DNA of 64,000 nucleotides. Source: Squalus acanthias (taxonomy: Eukaryota). The notes beneath the pieces were generated by a model, which saw only the letters and a list, made by a program, of their open reading frames with translations, was not told where the DNA came from and did no database searches. Positions 1 through 13,180 of this stretch are shown here, one piece after another. Every line of letters starts with the position of its first letter. Within the stretch, counting starts at the first letter, position 1. A program made the translations under genes and the position numbers. The stretch lies in NCBI GenBank assembly GCA_030390025.1, contig CM059432.1:5084001-5148000 (forward strand), written 5' to 3'.

Positions 1-41
1 TTGAGTTGGCTTATGCAGTCTAGCTGTACTCCGCCAACTTT

Positions 42-612
42 GGCCAGGACACCGGGGAGAACTCCCCTGCTCCTCTTCTTCTGAGCAACACGGTGGCATA
101 GTGGTTAGCACTGTTGCCTCACAGCGCCAGGGACCCGGGTTCGAATCCGGCCACGGGTGACTGTCTGTGTGGAGTTTGCACATTCTCCCCGTGTCTGCGT
201 GGGTTTCCTCCGGGTGCTCCGGTTTCCTCCCACAGTCCAAAGATGTGCGGGTTAGGTTGATTTGGCTATGATAAATTGACCCTTAGTGTTAGGGGGATTA
301 AATACGTGGGGTTACGGGGATAGGGTGGGATATGTGTCAGTGCAGGCTCGATGGGCCAAAATGGCCTCTATCTGCACTGTGGGGATTCGGTGATTGTGAA
401 ATAGTGCTGTTGGATCTTTTACGTCCACTTGAGGGGGCAGACGGGGCCTCTGTTTAACATCTCATCCAAAAGCCGGCACCTCCGACAGTGCAGCACTCCC
501 TCAGTACTGCACTGGAGTGTCAGCCTTGATTTTTGTGCTCAAGTCTCTGGAGTGGGACTTGAACCCACAACCTTCTGACTCAGAGGCGAGGGTGCTATCC
601 ACTGGCTGACAC
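42..612 (-). mobile_element. DeuSINE (SacSINE1-like) split by the HE1 insertion
   Basis: Segments 42-80 and about 397-612 are collinear with the other DeuSINE copies in the window. Confidence 0.8.
84..396 (+). mobile_element. HE1-like tRNA-derived V-SINE (elasmobranch), nested in a DeuSINE
   Basis: A box (tggcatagtgg) and B box (gggttcgaatcc). V-domain-like GGTTTCCTCCGGGTGCTCCGGTTTCCTCCCACAGTCCAAAGA, CR1/HER1-like tail. Confidence 0.85.
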
Positions 613-1179
613 ACAAAGTTACAGTAAATATTAACCAAACAAGCTGATTAAATGCATGCGTAAATGTATGCAGGTCACTGTATGTGCTGAACTATATTTG
701 CAAGAACGTGCTTCACACGAGACTTGATTTTAATGCATCTTACTCAGATGTGGATTTCGAGACAAAATACGCGTTACAGAATCAGCCTTACTGCAGATCT
801 TTTCCCAAAAAGAGAGGGGCCAAGAGTTATCCCAAAGAACTGCACAAGACAGTCCAATGCAGCTGTAGTAAAATCATTGAGCGCGCACAACTGGCCAAGG
901 AAGTAGATAATATTTCAACACCACCCGCTCTCCTGCTGCACCTTGTTCTGCGACTTATTAGGAATTAACATTGAAAATAAAAGATGAGATTTTGGGAGAA
1001 ATATGCAGAAGACAGTACTGATGCTTCTGTAATCTAAGAATCTGTATTTCGTATCAACTAACACTTAGTCAAACAAAAATGATAAACCAGCCACACGAGT
1101 TGATTTTCAGCCCCAAGTTGAAAACCAGAACATGAGCCTCAGCTCTCCATGAAAATGAGGGTTAAATTTAAAACGCCCA

Positions 1180-1545
1180 TTACCATCATGGTTATCTTAC
1201 TGGACTAGTGATCCAGAACCCTGGGCTATTAATACAGAGAACTCCCACCATGGTAGTTTGAGAATTTGCATTCAGTTCAGTTTAAAAATAAAAAGCTGGT
1301 CATCAGTAAAAGTGATCACAAAGCTGTCGGATTGTCGTCGTGGGTTCACTGATGTCCTTTAAGGAAGGAAACCTGCCATCCTTACCCAGTCCAGCCTATA
1401 TGTGCCTCCAGTTGCACTCCAGCTCTTCACTGCCCTCAGAAGTGGCCGAACAAGCCACTCTGATATAAAATCAGGGCAACGAGGGATGGGCAATAAATAC
1501 CAACCTTGCCTGCGCCACTCACACCCCAGGAACGAATTAAAAAAG
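1180..1545 (+). mobile_element. tRNA-derived SINE with a 3' tail shared with a CR1/L2-group LINE
   Basis: Similar to 22590-22860 (-). Ends in GGGATGGGCAATAAAT...A-rich tail, like the LINE 3' ends at 41550 and 62150. Confidence 0.65.
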
Positions 1546-1612
1546 TCCCGCTATCTCTCTAATACAAACCTATGTTTTAAAAAGGTCAAACTTCAAAAAT
1601 TAAATAACTAAC

Positions 1613-1721
1613 CTTCCGAAGGCCGCCGGTCGTGTCCAAAAAATACCCGAGTTGCTGAGCTCTTAATGCAGGGTAAAGGAAGCTGGGGTAAAGGTCCATC
1701 AGGTGAGAACTGGCTTACGCT
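1613..1721 (-). CDS. TRAPPC8: TRAPPC8 exon (last in window), 109 nt: SVSQFSPDGPLPQLPLPCIKSSATRVFFGHDRRPSE(G)
   Basis: Inside ORF 1608..1844. Long polypyrimidine tract then cttcag, donor gttagt, phase 0-1. Confidence 0.96.
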
Positions 1722-2460
1722 CTGAAGTGGGAAGGGGAAAAAAAAAAAGTTAACAAAGTTTGATGAAAATCCATTCAAAAAAACTTGAATTACTGAGATT
1801 CCACCAATGTTCATTAGTACCATTTTTATACCATAAACTTTCATTCTTCTCGCTTCCCACGCTCATTGGGTAGTTTTACGACGTGAAAAGGCGCTATATA
1901 AATATAAGTTGTTGTTGTACCCAAATGTACACTTCAAAAGTACTTCATTGGCTGTAAAGCTCTCTGGGACGTCCGGAGGTTGTGAAAGGCGCTATAGAAA
2001 TGTAAGTCTTTCTTTCTCTCTTTACTACAAACGTTTAACTGTGAAGATGATCAGCCTCAATTGGTTAGAAAACACTTACGGAATTCTGCGCTCTTATTTT
2101 TCTTAAACCAGTTAAAAGCATGACGCATGATGCATGTTTAAACATAGTTGATACCCTTTATAATCACAGGAATGAAAAAAAAACAAGCGCTCCCAACTAT
2201 ATCAGTTTAATTAAGCAAGTACTACATGCCAGCAACAAGTAGCTCTACTTAGATTGTACAAATATGAATCTAAACGCCAAGCTGACAAGTGGGGTTAGTA
2301 TATAATGCCCTTCATCTCAGTCTGTTCAATTCAACCCAGACTGGTGGGACAAAGGTCTCTTCTGGTACTTGTGACAAACCCACATGAAATAAACTCAGCC
2401 GTTTTAACCTAGCTATTTGCAAGAATGGCCACAGCACAAAGCTTTCCAATTGATCAATAC

Positions 2461-2881
2461 TTGTCACATTGTTCGCATGCCCGATACGAGACTCCGAAAA
2501 CAAGCGCTCTACTCGGAGCTCCGGCACGGCAAGAGAGCCCCAGGTGGGCAGAGGAAACGCTTCAAGGACACCCTCAAAGCCTCCTTGAAAAAGTGTAACA
2601 TCCCCACCGACATCTGGGAATCCCTGGCCCAAGACCGCACAAAGTGGAGGAGAAGCATCCGGGAAGGTGCCGAACACTGAGTCTCTTCGCCGGGAGCAAG
2701 CGGAAGCCAAGCGCAGGCAGCGCACGTCAACCCAAGCACCCCACCCACCTGCCCCTTCAACCACCGTCTGCCCCACCTGTGAGAGACTGTGGGTCCCGCA
2801 TTGGACTCATCAGTCACCTGAGAACTCATTCTTAGCGTGGAAGCAAGTCATCCTCGGTTCCGAAGGACTGCCTAAGAAGAC
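2461..2881 (+). mobile_element. RTE-clade LINE 3' fragment
   Basis: HIVRMPDTRL.KQALYSEL..GKRAPGGQRKRFKDTLK followed by CPTC..SRIGLISHLRTH and an AAG-repeat tail. Confidence 0.85.
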
Positions 2882-3380
2882 GACTTGCACTAAATTGACA
2901 ACCAGAGAAAGACTTGCATTTCTATAGCGCCTTTCACGACCATGGGACATCCTAAAGCGCTTTACAGCCAATGAAGTACTTTTTGAAGTGCAGTCACTCC
3001 AGGTTGAGGCAAACAGCTTAGATGCTTTCAAAAGGAAACTAGAAGAGTACATGAGAAAAGGGAATCGGAAGATATGCTGAAAGGCTGAAACGAGGTCGAT
3101 GGAATGGGAGGAGACTCGTGTTGAGTATAAACACCAGCACAGACTAGTTGGGCCGAATGGCCTTTTTCTGTGCTGTATATTCTATGTAACATTTCACAGA
3201 TGCACATGAAAGTTCCTTTCTTGCCCTCCCCCTTTTATCACATCTTTGTACACTTTCCGGCCAGGCAGAATTTACTGTTTCTGGAGAATAAAGCCACCAG
3301 TGATTTAAGATCTGAAAAAGGTCAATGAGGGAGTATACAACTTTGTGCAAAAATAAGTTCAGCTACCAAAAAAGGAACCT

Positions 3381-3484
3381 GATGCAGAGATGCCGGTGTT
3401 GGACTGGGGTGGACAAAAGTGAGAAGTCGCACAACACCAGGTTATAGTCCAACAGTTTTATTTGAAATCACAAGCTTTCGGAGC
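3381..3484 (-). mobile_element. Penelope-like terminal fragment (same family as the 24.9 kb and 47.3 kb inserts), half hammerhead only
   Basis: Near-identical to 47304-47370 plus the reverse complement of 47485-47520. Confidence 0.75.
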
Positions 3485-3973
3485 TGCAGGACCAGCCGGT
3501 GTCAACATGGGCTGTTTATTGATGAATGAATGCTTTAGTTACTGAATGGCGCTAGATGTGTGTTGAGCAAACATGCATGTAAAGTACATTTAAGCTGTAT
3601 TGTGCCAGTGTATACAAGGCGTTTTCTATTAAGATCAGTGTATGTGGCAAAAATCGGTGTCACCGCGGCTAGTCAGTGATTTCTATTGGACAACACTGCC
3701 CCAAGCCATGGGGGCAGTAGAATCACTTCCAGTAAAAGTTTCTCCAGCTTGATGCTCGTTTTCAGCTACATCTGGACGCTGTTCCAGGTGCTGTATTAGA
3801 AAGTCAAACTTTACTTGATTACTTGAAGGGGACGTGGGACTAAACACGCCTGCTCTTTCAAATGGACTCCTCCTGTGCTGTAAGTTTCGATGAATTATTG
3901 GCTATCAATACAGGCAACAACAAAATAATCATCATGAAATCCAGGTCCACAAGAACTCCCTGATTTCTCTTAC

Positions 3974-4198
3974 CTTATAAACATACAGGTACTCCCTCAG
4001 GAAAGCTTCCTGCTGAGCAGCCGTCTGCTTGCTGTCGTTGATGAGAATATGCCTGAAGGCTGACACTGCGTTGTCCAGCTGCCGCAGGGTGAAGGACTGG
4101 CGACCAATTGTGAAGTTAATATGATCCTCTGCCAGACTCCAGCCTTTGCCTTTGTAAACCTGCATGGCTTGACTGTAACACCGCAAGGCATGCTTCCG
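3974..4198 (-). CDS. TRAPPC8: TRAPPC8 exon, 225 nt: RKHALRCYSQAMQVYKGKGWSLAEDHINFTIGRQSFTLRQLDNAVSAFRHILINDSKQTAAQQEAFLREYLYVYK
   Basis: Overlaps ORF 3932..4186. Acceptor tttattacag, donor gtaaga, phase 0-0. Confidence 0.97.
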
Positions 4199-7100
4199 CT
4201 GTAATAAAGCATTTCATCAATTCATGCAAGGTCCCTGAATTTGAGACAGCAGGACAAGTTATAAGGTAAAGATTTAATTGGGCATGGATGGAGTATTCAA
4301 TGTTTATCAATTAAATCAAACCAATTTGAACACGAGGACTGGGTAAATATTGTTAAACGAAATTTAAGCACGTGGGTGCCATACATGTTCAGTATTTACC
4401 TACAGATTATTTTTACAAATTGCATACACTGATCCCAAGTATTTGCTGGACTTCCACTTACTTACACAGGATTGCTCCTTTTACATTTCAATGCTCAAAA
4501 AAATGGGTGATCATGCAAGCCAAGGAAATTCTATCGAGACACCTTTATATTAGGAACACGCAGGAGTCGTGTGTGTGTGTGCTGGCTCCCCACATTTACT
4601 TCACTAAAACTGGTCCCCCTGTCCTAATGAAGAATCCTCGACTCACGTTTGTGATCTAACTGCACAAGTGCCTTTGTGATTGCACCCATTACTGAAGGTC
4701 AGTGGAATGGATTTGGTTACAAGCACTCTTCACTCCCTCCCCCTAGTATATCCAGTATTTTCTCTGCTTTGTCACAGCTAGTCAGGGCTGGAAAGTCTCG
4801 CTTACCCATACCAGTCTTTAGTGACGATGAACACAGTCAAAGATAGCTGAATTTTCAATTGAGCAGAAAGTCTACTGACCTACTTGGACCCTTCAGTTCA
4901 AGGCAGCTAACAAGTTGGGGCTTGTAAAATAGTCAGTGAATATTTGACTTTAAGATATAAACGTCACATCACTAATACCTGATCTACACAAAGAATTACT
5001 TCCAAGATCGACTGGTGATTTGCAACGTTTATTATTTTGTAACCGAGACTGCGAGTTAAGTAAAGTTCTGTAATCTGGTGAAATCTGTGTTTTCTCTTGC
5101 TTCGGTTTAGTTTTAATTCTCCATGTACTTGATTTGTAGTGGTCGCCTGTATCGTCCATCAGTGTTATTTGTTCATTACCATTTCTGGTGCATGCCTTAA
5201 ATGGTTAAAAAGTGTTGATCATTTGCCCCGCTTCCTGCTATTCCAGATGACTTTGTGCCTAAGGTCACACAAGGTGCCTGGGCTTGCCTAGGGAAGCAGA
5301 CTTTTTTTTTTCAGCACAGGTATCTGGAGTGGGCTTGAAACCCACACTTTTTTTTTGCACATGCCAGCATCTGATCTCTTGCAGCTTCCTTTCGGTCTTG
5401 GGATAATTTACTCTGCCTCCCATTTCAGTATCACCGACAAATTTCGACACCACTCTCTCAAGCCCGATATCCAAATCATTGATGGACACAGTGAACAACA
5501 GTCGCAGAAAGGAGCCATGTGGGGCACCGTTACCCACTTAAAACAACTCCAAAAATGGCCTTGAATTCCTATAGTTTCCTCCCTTCTATCCAGTTTGGAA
5601 TCCAATTTGCCAACTTTCCTGTAATTGGATACCCCTTTACCTTCTCCAATAGCCTTGTGTGACAGCTTTTCCCAAAGCTTTCTGAAAGTCTATGTTCATA
5701 GAATCATAGAAGATAGGAGCAGGCCATTCGGCCCCTCTAGCCTGCTCCGCCATTCAATGAGATCATGGCTGATCATCCAAATTCAGTACCCTGTCCCTGC
5801 TTTCTCCCCATATCCCTTTAGCCTTAAGAAATATATCTATCGCCTTCTTGAATCTATTTAATGAATTGGCCTCTACTGCCTTCTGTGGCAGAGAACTCCA
5901 CAGGTTCACCACTCTCTGGGTGAAGAAATTCCTCCTCATTTCTGTCCTAAATGGCTTACCCCTTATCCTTAGACTGTGACCCCTGGTTCTGGACTCCCCG
6001 ACCATCGGGAACATTCTTCCTGCATCTAGTCTGTACAGTCCTGTCAGAATTTTATAAGTTTCAATGAGATCCCCTCTCATTCTTCTAAACTCCAGCGAGT
6101 ATAAGCCCAATCGACCCAATCTCTCTTCATACGTCATTCCTGCCATCCCAGGTATCAGCCTTGTGAATCTTCGCTGCACTCCCTCCATGGCAAGAACATC
6201 CTTCCTCAGATAAGGCGACCAAAACTGCACACAGTACTCAAGGTGTGGTCTCACCAAGGCCCTGTACAACTGCAGCAAGACATCCTTGTTCCTGTACTCA
6301 AACCCTCTCGCTCTGAAGGCCAACATACCATTTGCCTTCTTAACCGCCTGCTGCACCTGCATGCTTACCTTCAGCGACTGGTGCACAAGGACACCCAGGT
6401 CTCGTTGCACTTCCCCCTTCTCCCAATCTATTGCCATTCAGGTAATAATCTGCCTTTCTGTTTTTGACACCAAAGTGGATAACCTCGCATTTATCCACGT
6501 TATTTTGCATCTGCCACGCTTCTGCCCAATCACCCAACCTGTCCAAATCATCCTGGAGTTTCTCGGCATCCTCCTCGCAGCACACACGCCCATCCAGTTT
6601 TGTGTCGTCTGCAAACTTGGAGATATTACATCTAGTTCCCTTGTCTAGATCATTAATATATATTGTGAATAGCTGGGGTCCAAGAACCGATCCCTGCGGT
6701 ACCCCACTAGTCACTGCCTGCCACTCGGAAAAAGACCCGTTTATTCCAACTCTTTGCTTTCTGTCTGCCAACCAGTTCACTGTCCAAGTCAATACCTTGC
6801 CCCCAATACCATGTGCCTTAACTTTACACGCTAATCTCTTATGTGGGACCTTATCAAAAGCCTTTTGGAAGTCCAAATACACCACATCCACTGGTTCTCC
6901 CTTATCTATTTTACCAGTTACATCCTCAAAAAATTCCAGTAGATTAGTCAAGCACGATTTACCTTTTGTAAATCCATGTTGACTTTGTCCGATCCTGTCA
7001 CTGTTTTCCAAGTGCTCTGCTATTACATCTTTTATAATGGACTCTAGCATTTTCCCCACTACCGATGTCAGGCTTACCGGTCTGTAATTCCCCGTTTTCT

Positions 7101-7425
7101 CTCTACCACCCTTTTTGAATAGTGGGGTAACATTAGCTACCCTCCAATCCATGGGTACTGTTCCAGATTCCATCGAATGTTGGAAGATGATCAGCAATGC
7201 ATCTACTATTTCTAGGACCACTTCCTTAAGTACCCTAGGATGTAGATTATCAGGCCCTGGGGATTTATCGGCCTTCAATCCCGTCAATTTCCCCAACACC
7301 ATTTCCCTGCAAATACTGATTTCTTTCAGTTCCTCCCTTTCATCAGACTGTATGTTCCCCAACATCTCTGGGAGGTTATTTGTGTCCTCCTTTGTGAAGA
7401 CAGAACCAAAATATGTATTTAATTG

Positions 7426-8004
7426 TCACTTTAATTCACCGCTTCACTCCCACTCTGACCTCACCATCCTCGGCCTATTACACTGTTCCACGGAAGCGCA
7501 GCGTAAGCTCGAGGAACAGCACCTCATCTTTCGTTTAGGCACGCTACAGCCCTCTGGACTCAATATCGAGTTCAACAATTTTAGATCATAACCTCAGCTC
7601 CAATCACATTTATATTTTATTTTTTCCACCCTTTTATTTGCCCCCCCCCCACCTTTTTTTTCCTCCTAGAAGCTGGCAGCTGTCCTTCATTCTGCCAGTG
7701 GATTTCACACTTCTTTCAGCCTTAATCTGTCACATTAACACCACCTCTAGCCTTGCATATCTCTTAATGTCTCTTAATGTCTCTTCCTCTCCCCCTTTGT
7801 TCTTTTATCCCCTCACCCTTTTCCCAGCTTTACCCTGGCCTTAAATCCATTTGATTTCCGGCTCTTCACAGTTCTGACGAAAGGTCATCGACCTGAAACG
7901 TTAACTCTCTTTCTCTCTCCACGGATGCTGCCTGGCCTGCTGAGTTTTTCCAGCATTTTCTGTTGTTATTTCAGATTTCCAGCATCCGCAGTATTTTGCT
8001 ATCG
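7426..8004 (+). mobile_element. Penelope-like element 3' fragment (GIY-YIG C-terminus plus terminal repeat with hammerhead) with 14-bp TSD
   Basis: HFNSPLHSHSDLTILGL..RKLEEQHLIFRLGTLQPSGLN. TSD TATGTATTTAATTG at 7412-7425 and 8005-8018. Confidence 0.9.
7870..7906 (+). ncRNA. Minimal type I hammerhead ribozyme motif (family A)
   Basis: AGTT-CTGACGA-A-AGGTC(ATC)GACCT-GAAAC-GT-T-AACT: both core boxes, stems I and II, palindromic stem III AACGTT. Confidence 0.8.
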
Positions 8005-10375
8005 TATGTATTTAATTGGTCTGACATTTCTTTGTTCCCCATTATAACTTCCCCTGATTCTGACTGCAAGGGACCTATGCTTGATTTCACTAATCTTTTT
8101 CTCTTCACATATCTATAAAAGCTTTGAGTCAGTTTTTATGTTCCCTGCAAGCTTACTCTCGTATTCTATTTTCCCCTTCTTAATGAATCCCTTTGTCCTC
8201 CTTTGTTGAATCTTAAACTGCTCCCAATCCTCAGGGTTACTGCTTTTTCTGGCCAATTTATATGCCCTCTCCTTGGATCTTATGCTATCCCTAATTTCCC
8301 TCGTTAGCCACGGTTGAGTCACCCTTTTTGTTTTATTCTTATGCCAAACTGGGATGAACATTTTCTGTAGTTCGTCCATGCGGTCTTTGAATGTTTGCCA
8401 TTGCCTATCCACCGTCAACCCTTTGAGTGACATTCCCCAATCAATCCTACCCAACTTGCACCTCCTACCATCGTAGTTTCCTTTCTTTAAATTCAGGACC
8501 CTAGTCTCTGAGTCAACTACTTCACTCTCCATCCTAATGAAGAATTCGATCATATTATGATCGCTCCGACCCAAGGGGCCCTCGCACAACAAGATTGCTA
8601 ATTAATCCTTTCTCATTGCATAATACCCAGTCTAAGATGGCCTGATCTCTGGTTGGTTCCTCGACATATTGGTCCAGGAAACCATCCCGTAAGCACTCCA
8701 GGAATTCCTCCTCCACAGTATTGTTACTAATTTGGTTAGCCCAATCTATATGTAGATTAAAGTCACCCATGATGACTGCTGTGCCCTTATTGCACGCTTC
8801 TCTAATTTCCCTTTTAATGCCATCCCCAACCTCCGCATTACTGTTTGGAGGTCTATATATCACTCCCACTAACGTTTTCTGCCCCTTGTTATTTCTCAGT
8901 TCAACCCATACAGATTCCACATCATCAGAGCTAATATCCTTCCTTACAATTGTGTTAATCCCCTCTTTAACCAGCAATGCTACCCCACCTCCCTTTCCTT
9001 TTTGCCCATCTTTCCTGAATATTGAGTACCCCTGGATGTTGAGTTCCCAGCCTTGGCCACCCTGGAGCCATGTTTTGGTAATCCCAATCAAATCATATTC
9101 GTTTACCTCTATTTGCGCAGCTAATTCATCCACCTTGTTCCGAATGCTCCTTGCATTAAGACACAAAGCCTTCAGGCTTGTTTTTTTAACGCTCTTAGAC
9201 CTATTAGAATTAGTATTTACTGTGGCCATGTTTGATTTAAACCGTTGTTTTCTCTGACTGCCACTTTTGTTTTTCTCCTTCCTATCTTTTGCTTTTATCC
9301 TCGTTTCCCTTTCCTCTGTCTCCCTGCTCAGGTTCCCAACCCCCTGCCATTTTAGTTTAAACCCTCCCCCAGAGCACTTGCAAACACTCCCCCTGGGACA
9401 TCGGTCCCGGCCCTGCCCAGGTGTAGACCGTCCAGTTTGTACTGGTCCCACCTCCCCCAGAACCGGTTCCAATGCCCCAGGAATTTGAATCCCTCCCCCT
9501 TGCACCATTCCTCTAGCCACGTATTCATCTGAAATATCCTTCTATTTCTACTCTGACTAGCACGTGGCACTGGTAGCAATCCTGAGATTACTACCTTTGA
9601 GGTCCTATTTTTTAATTTACCTCCTAACTCCCTATATTCTGCTTTTAGGACCTCATCCCGTTTTTTACCTATATCGTTGATACCTATATGCACGACAACT
9701 GGCTGTTCACCCTCCCCTTCGAAAATGCTCTGTAGCCGCTCTGAGACATCCTTGACCCTTGCACCAGGGAGGCAACATACCATCCTGGAGTCTCATTTGC
9801 GGCCGCAGAAACGCCTATCTATTCCCCTTACAATAGAATCCCCCATCACGATAGCTCTCCCATTCTTTTTCCTCCCATCCTGTGCAGCAGAACCACCTAC
9901 GGTGCTAGGAAGTTGGCTGCTGCTGTCTTCCCCTGATAAGCCATCTCCCTCAACAATATCCAAAGCGGTTCGCCACATCCATTGTACTTCCCCCATCTAC
10001 CAAGTCTGTCACCTCCTCAAAGAGCTCGATCAGGTTTGTCAAGCACGATCTATATTTCAGAAATCTCTGTTGGCTACTTCTAATTATTTTATTCTCTTCT
10101 AGATATTTAGCAATTTCACGTTTAAAGATTCCCAAATTTTCCCTACCACAGGTGTTAAAATAACTAGCTCTGAGAAGTTATTACAATGGTCACTCTCCAG
10201 TCCGCTGGCACACATCCGCTCTCAACAGAACCCTGAAATTTTATTTCTAGAGCCTTCAATATTTCTCCACTTCCCTCAGGCTCATCAGATGTATCCGATC
10301 AAATCCTGGCACTTTGTCATCCTGGAGCTTAACTAACTTCTTGAATAATTTGCCGTACAGAAATATCTCATCTCA

Positions 10376-10820
10376 CTTTCAACTCCTCCCCAACATCCTT
10401 CGCTCTTCCGACAATGCCTCGATTTTAAAATCCTCATCCTTGTTTTCAAATCCCTCCATGGCCTCGCCCCTCCCTATCTCTGTAACCTCCTCCAGCCCCA
10501 CAACCCTCAGATATCTGCGTTTCTCCAATTCTGGCCTCTTGAGCATCCCCGATTTTAATCGCTCCACCATTGGCGGCCGTGCTTTCAGTTGCCTGGGCCC
10601 CAAGCTCTGGAATGCCCTCCCTAAACCTCTCCGCCTCTCTCCTTCTTTAAGATGCACCTTAAAACCTACCTCTTTGACCAAGCTTTTGGTCATCTGTCCT
10701 GATATCTCCTTATGTGGCTCGGTGCCAAAAATGTTTTTATTGTTAACACTCTTGTTAAGCACCTTGGGACGTTTTGCTATGTTAAAGGCGCTGTACAAAT
10801 ACAAGCTGTTGTTGCTGTAA
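10376..10820 (+). mobile_element. L2-clade LINE 3' fragment
   Basis: RSTIGGRAFSCLGPKLWNALP and a ...AAAGGCGCTGTACAAATACAAG(TGT)n tail. Confidence 0.8.
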
Positions 10821-11369
10821 ACACTGGTGCAAAGTACTCGTTAAATATCCCCACCAAATGTTTATCCTCGAAATGTTACTTAACTGCCAATTAATTCCCT
10901 TTTCCAGCTCACTACTAGGATACTGCCCATTCTGGTCTCCTGGTTTATATTAAATCCTATTTTTTCCTGCTGTAAAAAAGTAACAAGACAGAAATGATCT
11001 CATCTTGTCTCAAATTCCTGCACCATTGCTTTATTTCTATTGCTTCTTATCCCTCGAGTCACAGCCAAATGAAAACTGCTGCAGCAAGAGTCTAGATTTT
11101 GATCTTCAATCTTACACTTCAAACAATGATGAATTACTGCTGACCTGGTCACTTATTGTAATTTTTATTCTTACAGCACATATTTGTTATCAATATGCAA
11201 GGCAGAAAAGTTGAAACTACTGTTCAAAAGCAAAATATAAAGCAATACATTCCTGTACAATAGTTTATACGAGTTCTTAACTTTAAATAATTTTGTTGTA
11301 ACACTTCAGATCAGTGCACAACTGTAAATGCATTATTCTAAATGAGAAATGTTGTAACTTACTTACAGT

Positions 11370-11720
11370 ACATAACAAGAAATAGGAGCAGGAGCAGGCC
11401 ATATGGCCCCTCAAGCCTGCTCCGCCATTCAATAAGATCATGGCTGATCTTCGACATCAACTCCACTTTCCCGCACTATTCCCTTGATTCCCTGAGAGTC
11501 CAAAAATCTATCGATCTCAGCCTTGAATATACTCAACGACTGAGCATCCACAGCCCTCTGGGGCAGAGAATTCCAAAGATTCGCAACCCTCTGAGGGAAG
11601 AAATTCCTCCTCATCTCAGTCCTAAATGGTCAACCCCTTATCCTGAGACTATGCCCCCTAGTTCTAGTCTCTCCAGCCAGGGGAAACAGCCTCTCAGCAT
11701 CTACCCGGTCAAGCCCTCAA
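11370..11720 (-). mobile_element. CR1 LINE 3' fragment
   Basis: Same 3' end as other CR1 copies (RNFF..RV.NLWNSLP region). Confidence 0.85.
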
Positions 11721-12102
11721 ATACTTTGAAAAGACAATTTAAAATCCAAGTCCAAAAATTCTTCAATGTTCTGGAATGCAGCAGTTACAAATTTATGGTT
11801 TCTGGCACGAGTCTTGCGAGGTGAGTACACCTCAGTTGTGTTGGGCAGGTTACACTGATCATGAGCTAGCTCAAAAACTTGTAGCACCTCCATACTTGCA
11901 CACGCTGCGTCATTCATCATACACATATTTACACAGCCGTGCTCGAGGTTTCAGAGATAGTTCAAAACTTAGTGCTCCACCAATATATCCTGGGTAGCAG
12001 CCATTATATGCCCCCACCGGTGCATCACCTGCTAACTCAAATCAAATTCATACCAATAGGCAATGAGCAGAAACAGTGGCTTTATGCATACTGTGGCGTA
12101 TT

Positions 12103-12864
12103 GGCCCGGAATTGGCGGTGCTGATGACGGCGAACTGGCAGCGCTTGGTGTTATTACCCCTGCGAAACTGACCGCAACTTCAGGATTTAGCGCATGTGCA
12201 ACTTAACGCGGAAGTCCTGAAGTTGCGGTCCGTCATTCACTGCTCCGACATTGGCTGTGCTGCACGCCCCCACCCAACCCCACCGAGCCGGCAATCAGTG
12301 CAATGTCAAATCATGGAAACTGATGAAAGCTTTGGCTCTTCCACAGGAATACCACTGTTAAATTCCCCACTAAAAGTTAGACCCAAAGAGATTAGGTGTA
12401 ACTGGGGTTTTAACAGCGCATTGACTGCTAAACAAAGGTTACAGCCCTGTCAAATTTATTCATTTTAATAAAAATTTTAATTTTCAAGAAACTTTTTTTT
12501 AAAAAGTCTTAATTTTTGTGAAAAGTTTGTTCATCTTTATTTCAGGTTTGCCCCCCCCCCCCCCCACCCCACCCCCCACCATGTGAGAGCCCCAATCTTT
12601 GTTTTGCTCTAACATTTTTAGCAAGTTAGAACCCACTTCCTTGTTCGCGGTCTGTGAGAATTCAGCATTTTGATTGGCTGCTTTGACAGCTTGTTGATGT
12701 CACAGCAGCTCGCACTGGGGATCCCCCACTATACTACGTTGATTTGACTTGAACGTCGCAAAACCCGAATTTCTCGACAGAGATGACGAGATCTTTGCGT
12801 GAAGCTTACTTCGGGGCCAGCGGCGAACGCCTTTGCTTCGTCGCTGACCGCAAATTACGGGCGC
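12103..12864. mobile_element. Non-autonomous DNA transposon-like element with imperfect TIRs
   Basis: Ends GGCCCGGAATTGGCGGT...ACCGCAAATTACGGGCGC. A homologous inverted copy lies at 61003-61664. Confidence 0.7.
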
Positions 12865-13180
12865 TAATATCAGATTTAGAATGATTAAGGGAAAGGTCTC
12901 ACTTCTACAGACTGCATCCTCAAAATTTTAATTTAATTTCAACATGCAAAAGTTCAGGTGGGATGATACAGCTGAACATCGATTAAGTAATGGTGAAGAG
13001 AACAAGTAATTCTGAAATCTTCAAAGCAATAATGTACCTGGATCACATTGTAAACTTGAGGAAAAATTCAGTGTAAAAAATGCAAGACAAAAAGCAGAAT
13101 TAACCATGCTAAATGAATTGCTACATATCCGTTATATCAAAAGGTCCGTTAAACAGACTATATTCAAACGCTATGCTTAC

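Larger units (their letters stand above)
5698..9971 (-). mobile_element. CR1-clade LINE, about 3.7 kb excluding a nested insert, 5'-truncated and disrupted: ORF1 SGNH esterase plus ORF2 APE endonuclease/RT
   Basis: ORF1: VMGDSIVRG, HIGINDIG, DGLHL. EN: LCLNARSIRNK, IMGDFN, SDHNMI. RT: YLDFQKAFDKVPH, GVPQGSVLGP, KFADDTKL. Broken by stops, frameshifts and a Penelope insert. Confidence 0.95.
5350..10360 (-). mobile_element. Older degenerate CR1 RT fragment (5350-5697 plus 9972-10360) interrupted by the younger CR1
   Basis: Degenerate RT motifs on both sides (SKFVGDTEMGG; SCLTNLIELFEEVT) join at the VDVxYxDFQKAF codons, with GTTC at both junctions. Confidence 0.75.

Noticed and set aside
84..155. 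tRNA-like sequence with A and B boxes (also at 18322, 55532, 60040)
   Set aside because: These are SINE heads continuing into SINE bodies, not tRNA genes.
5763..9996. Long ORFs (341, 321, 224 aa) that could be read as host genes
   Set aside because: Fragments of CR1 ORF1/ORF2 broken by stops, frameshifts and an insertion. The opposite-strand ORFs are shadows.
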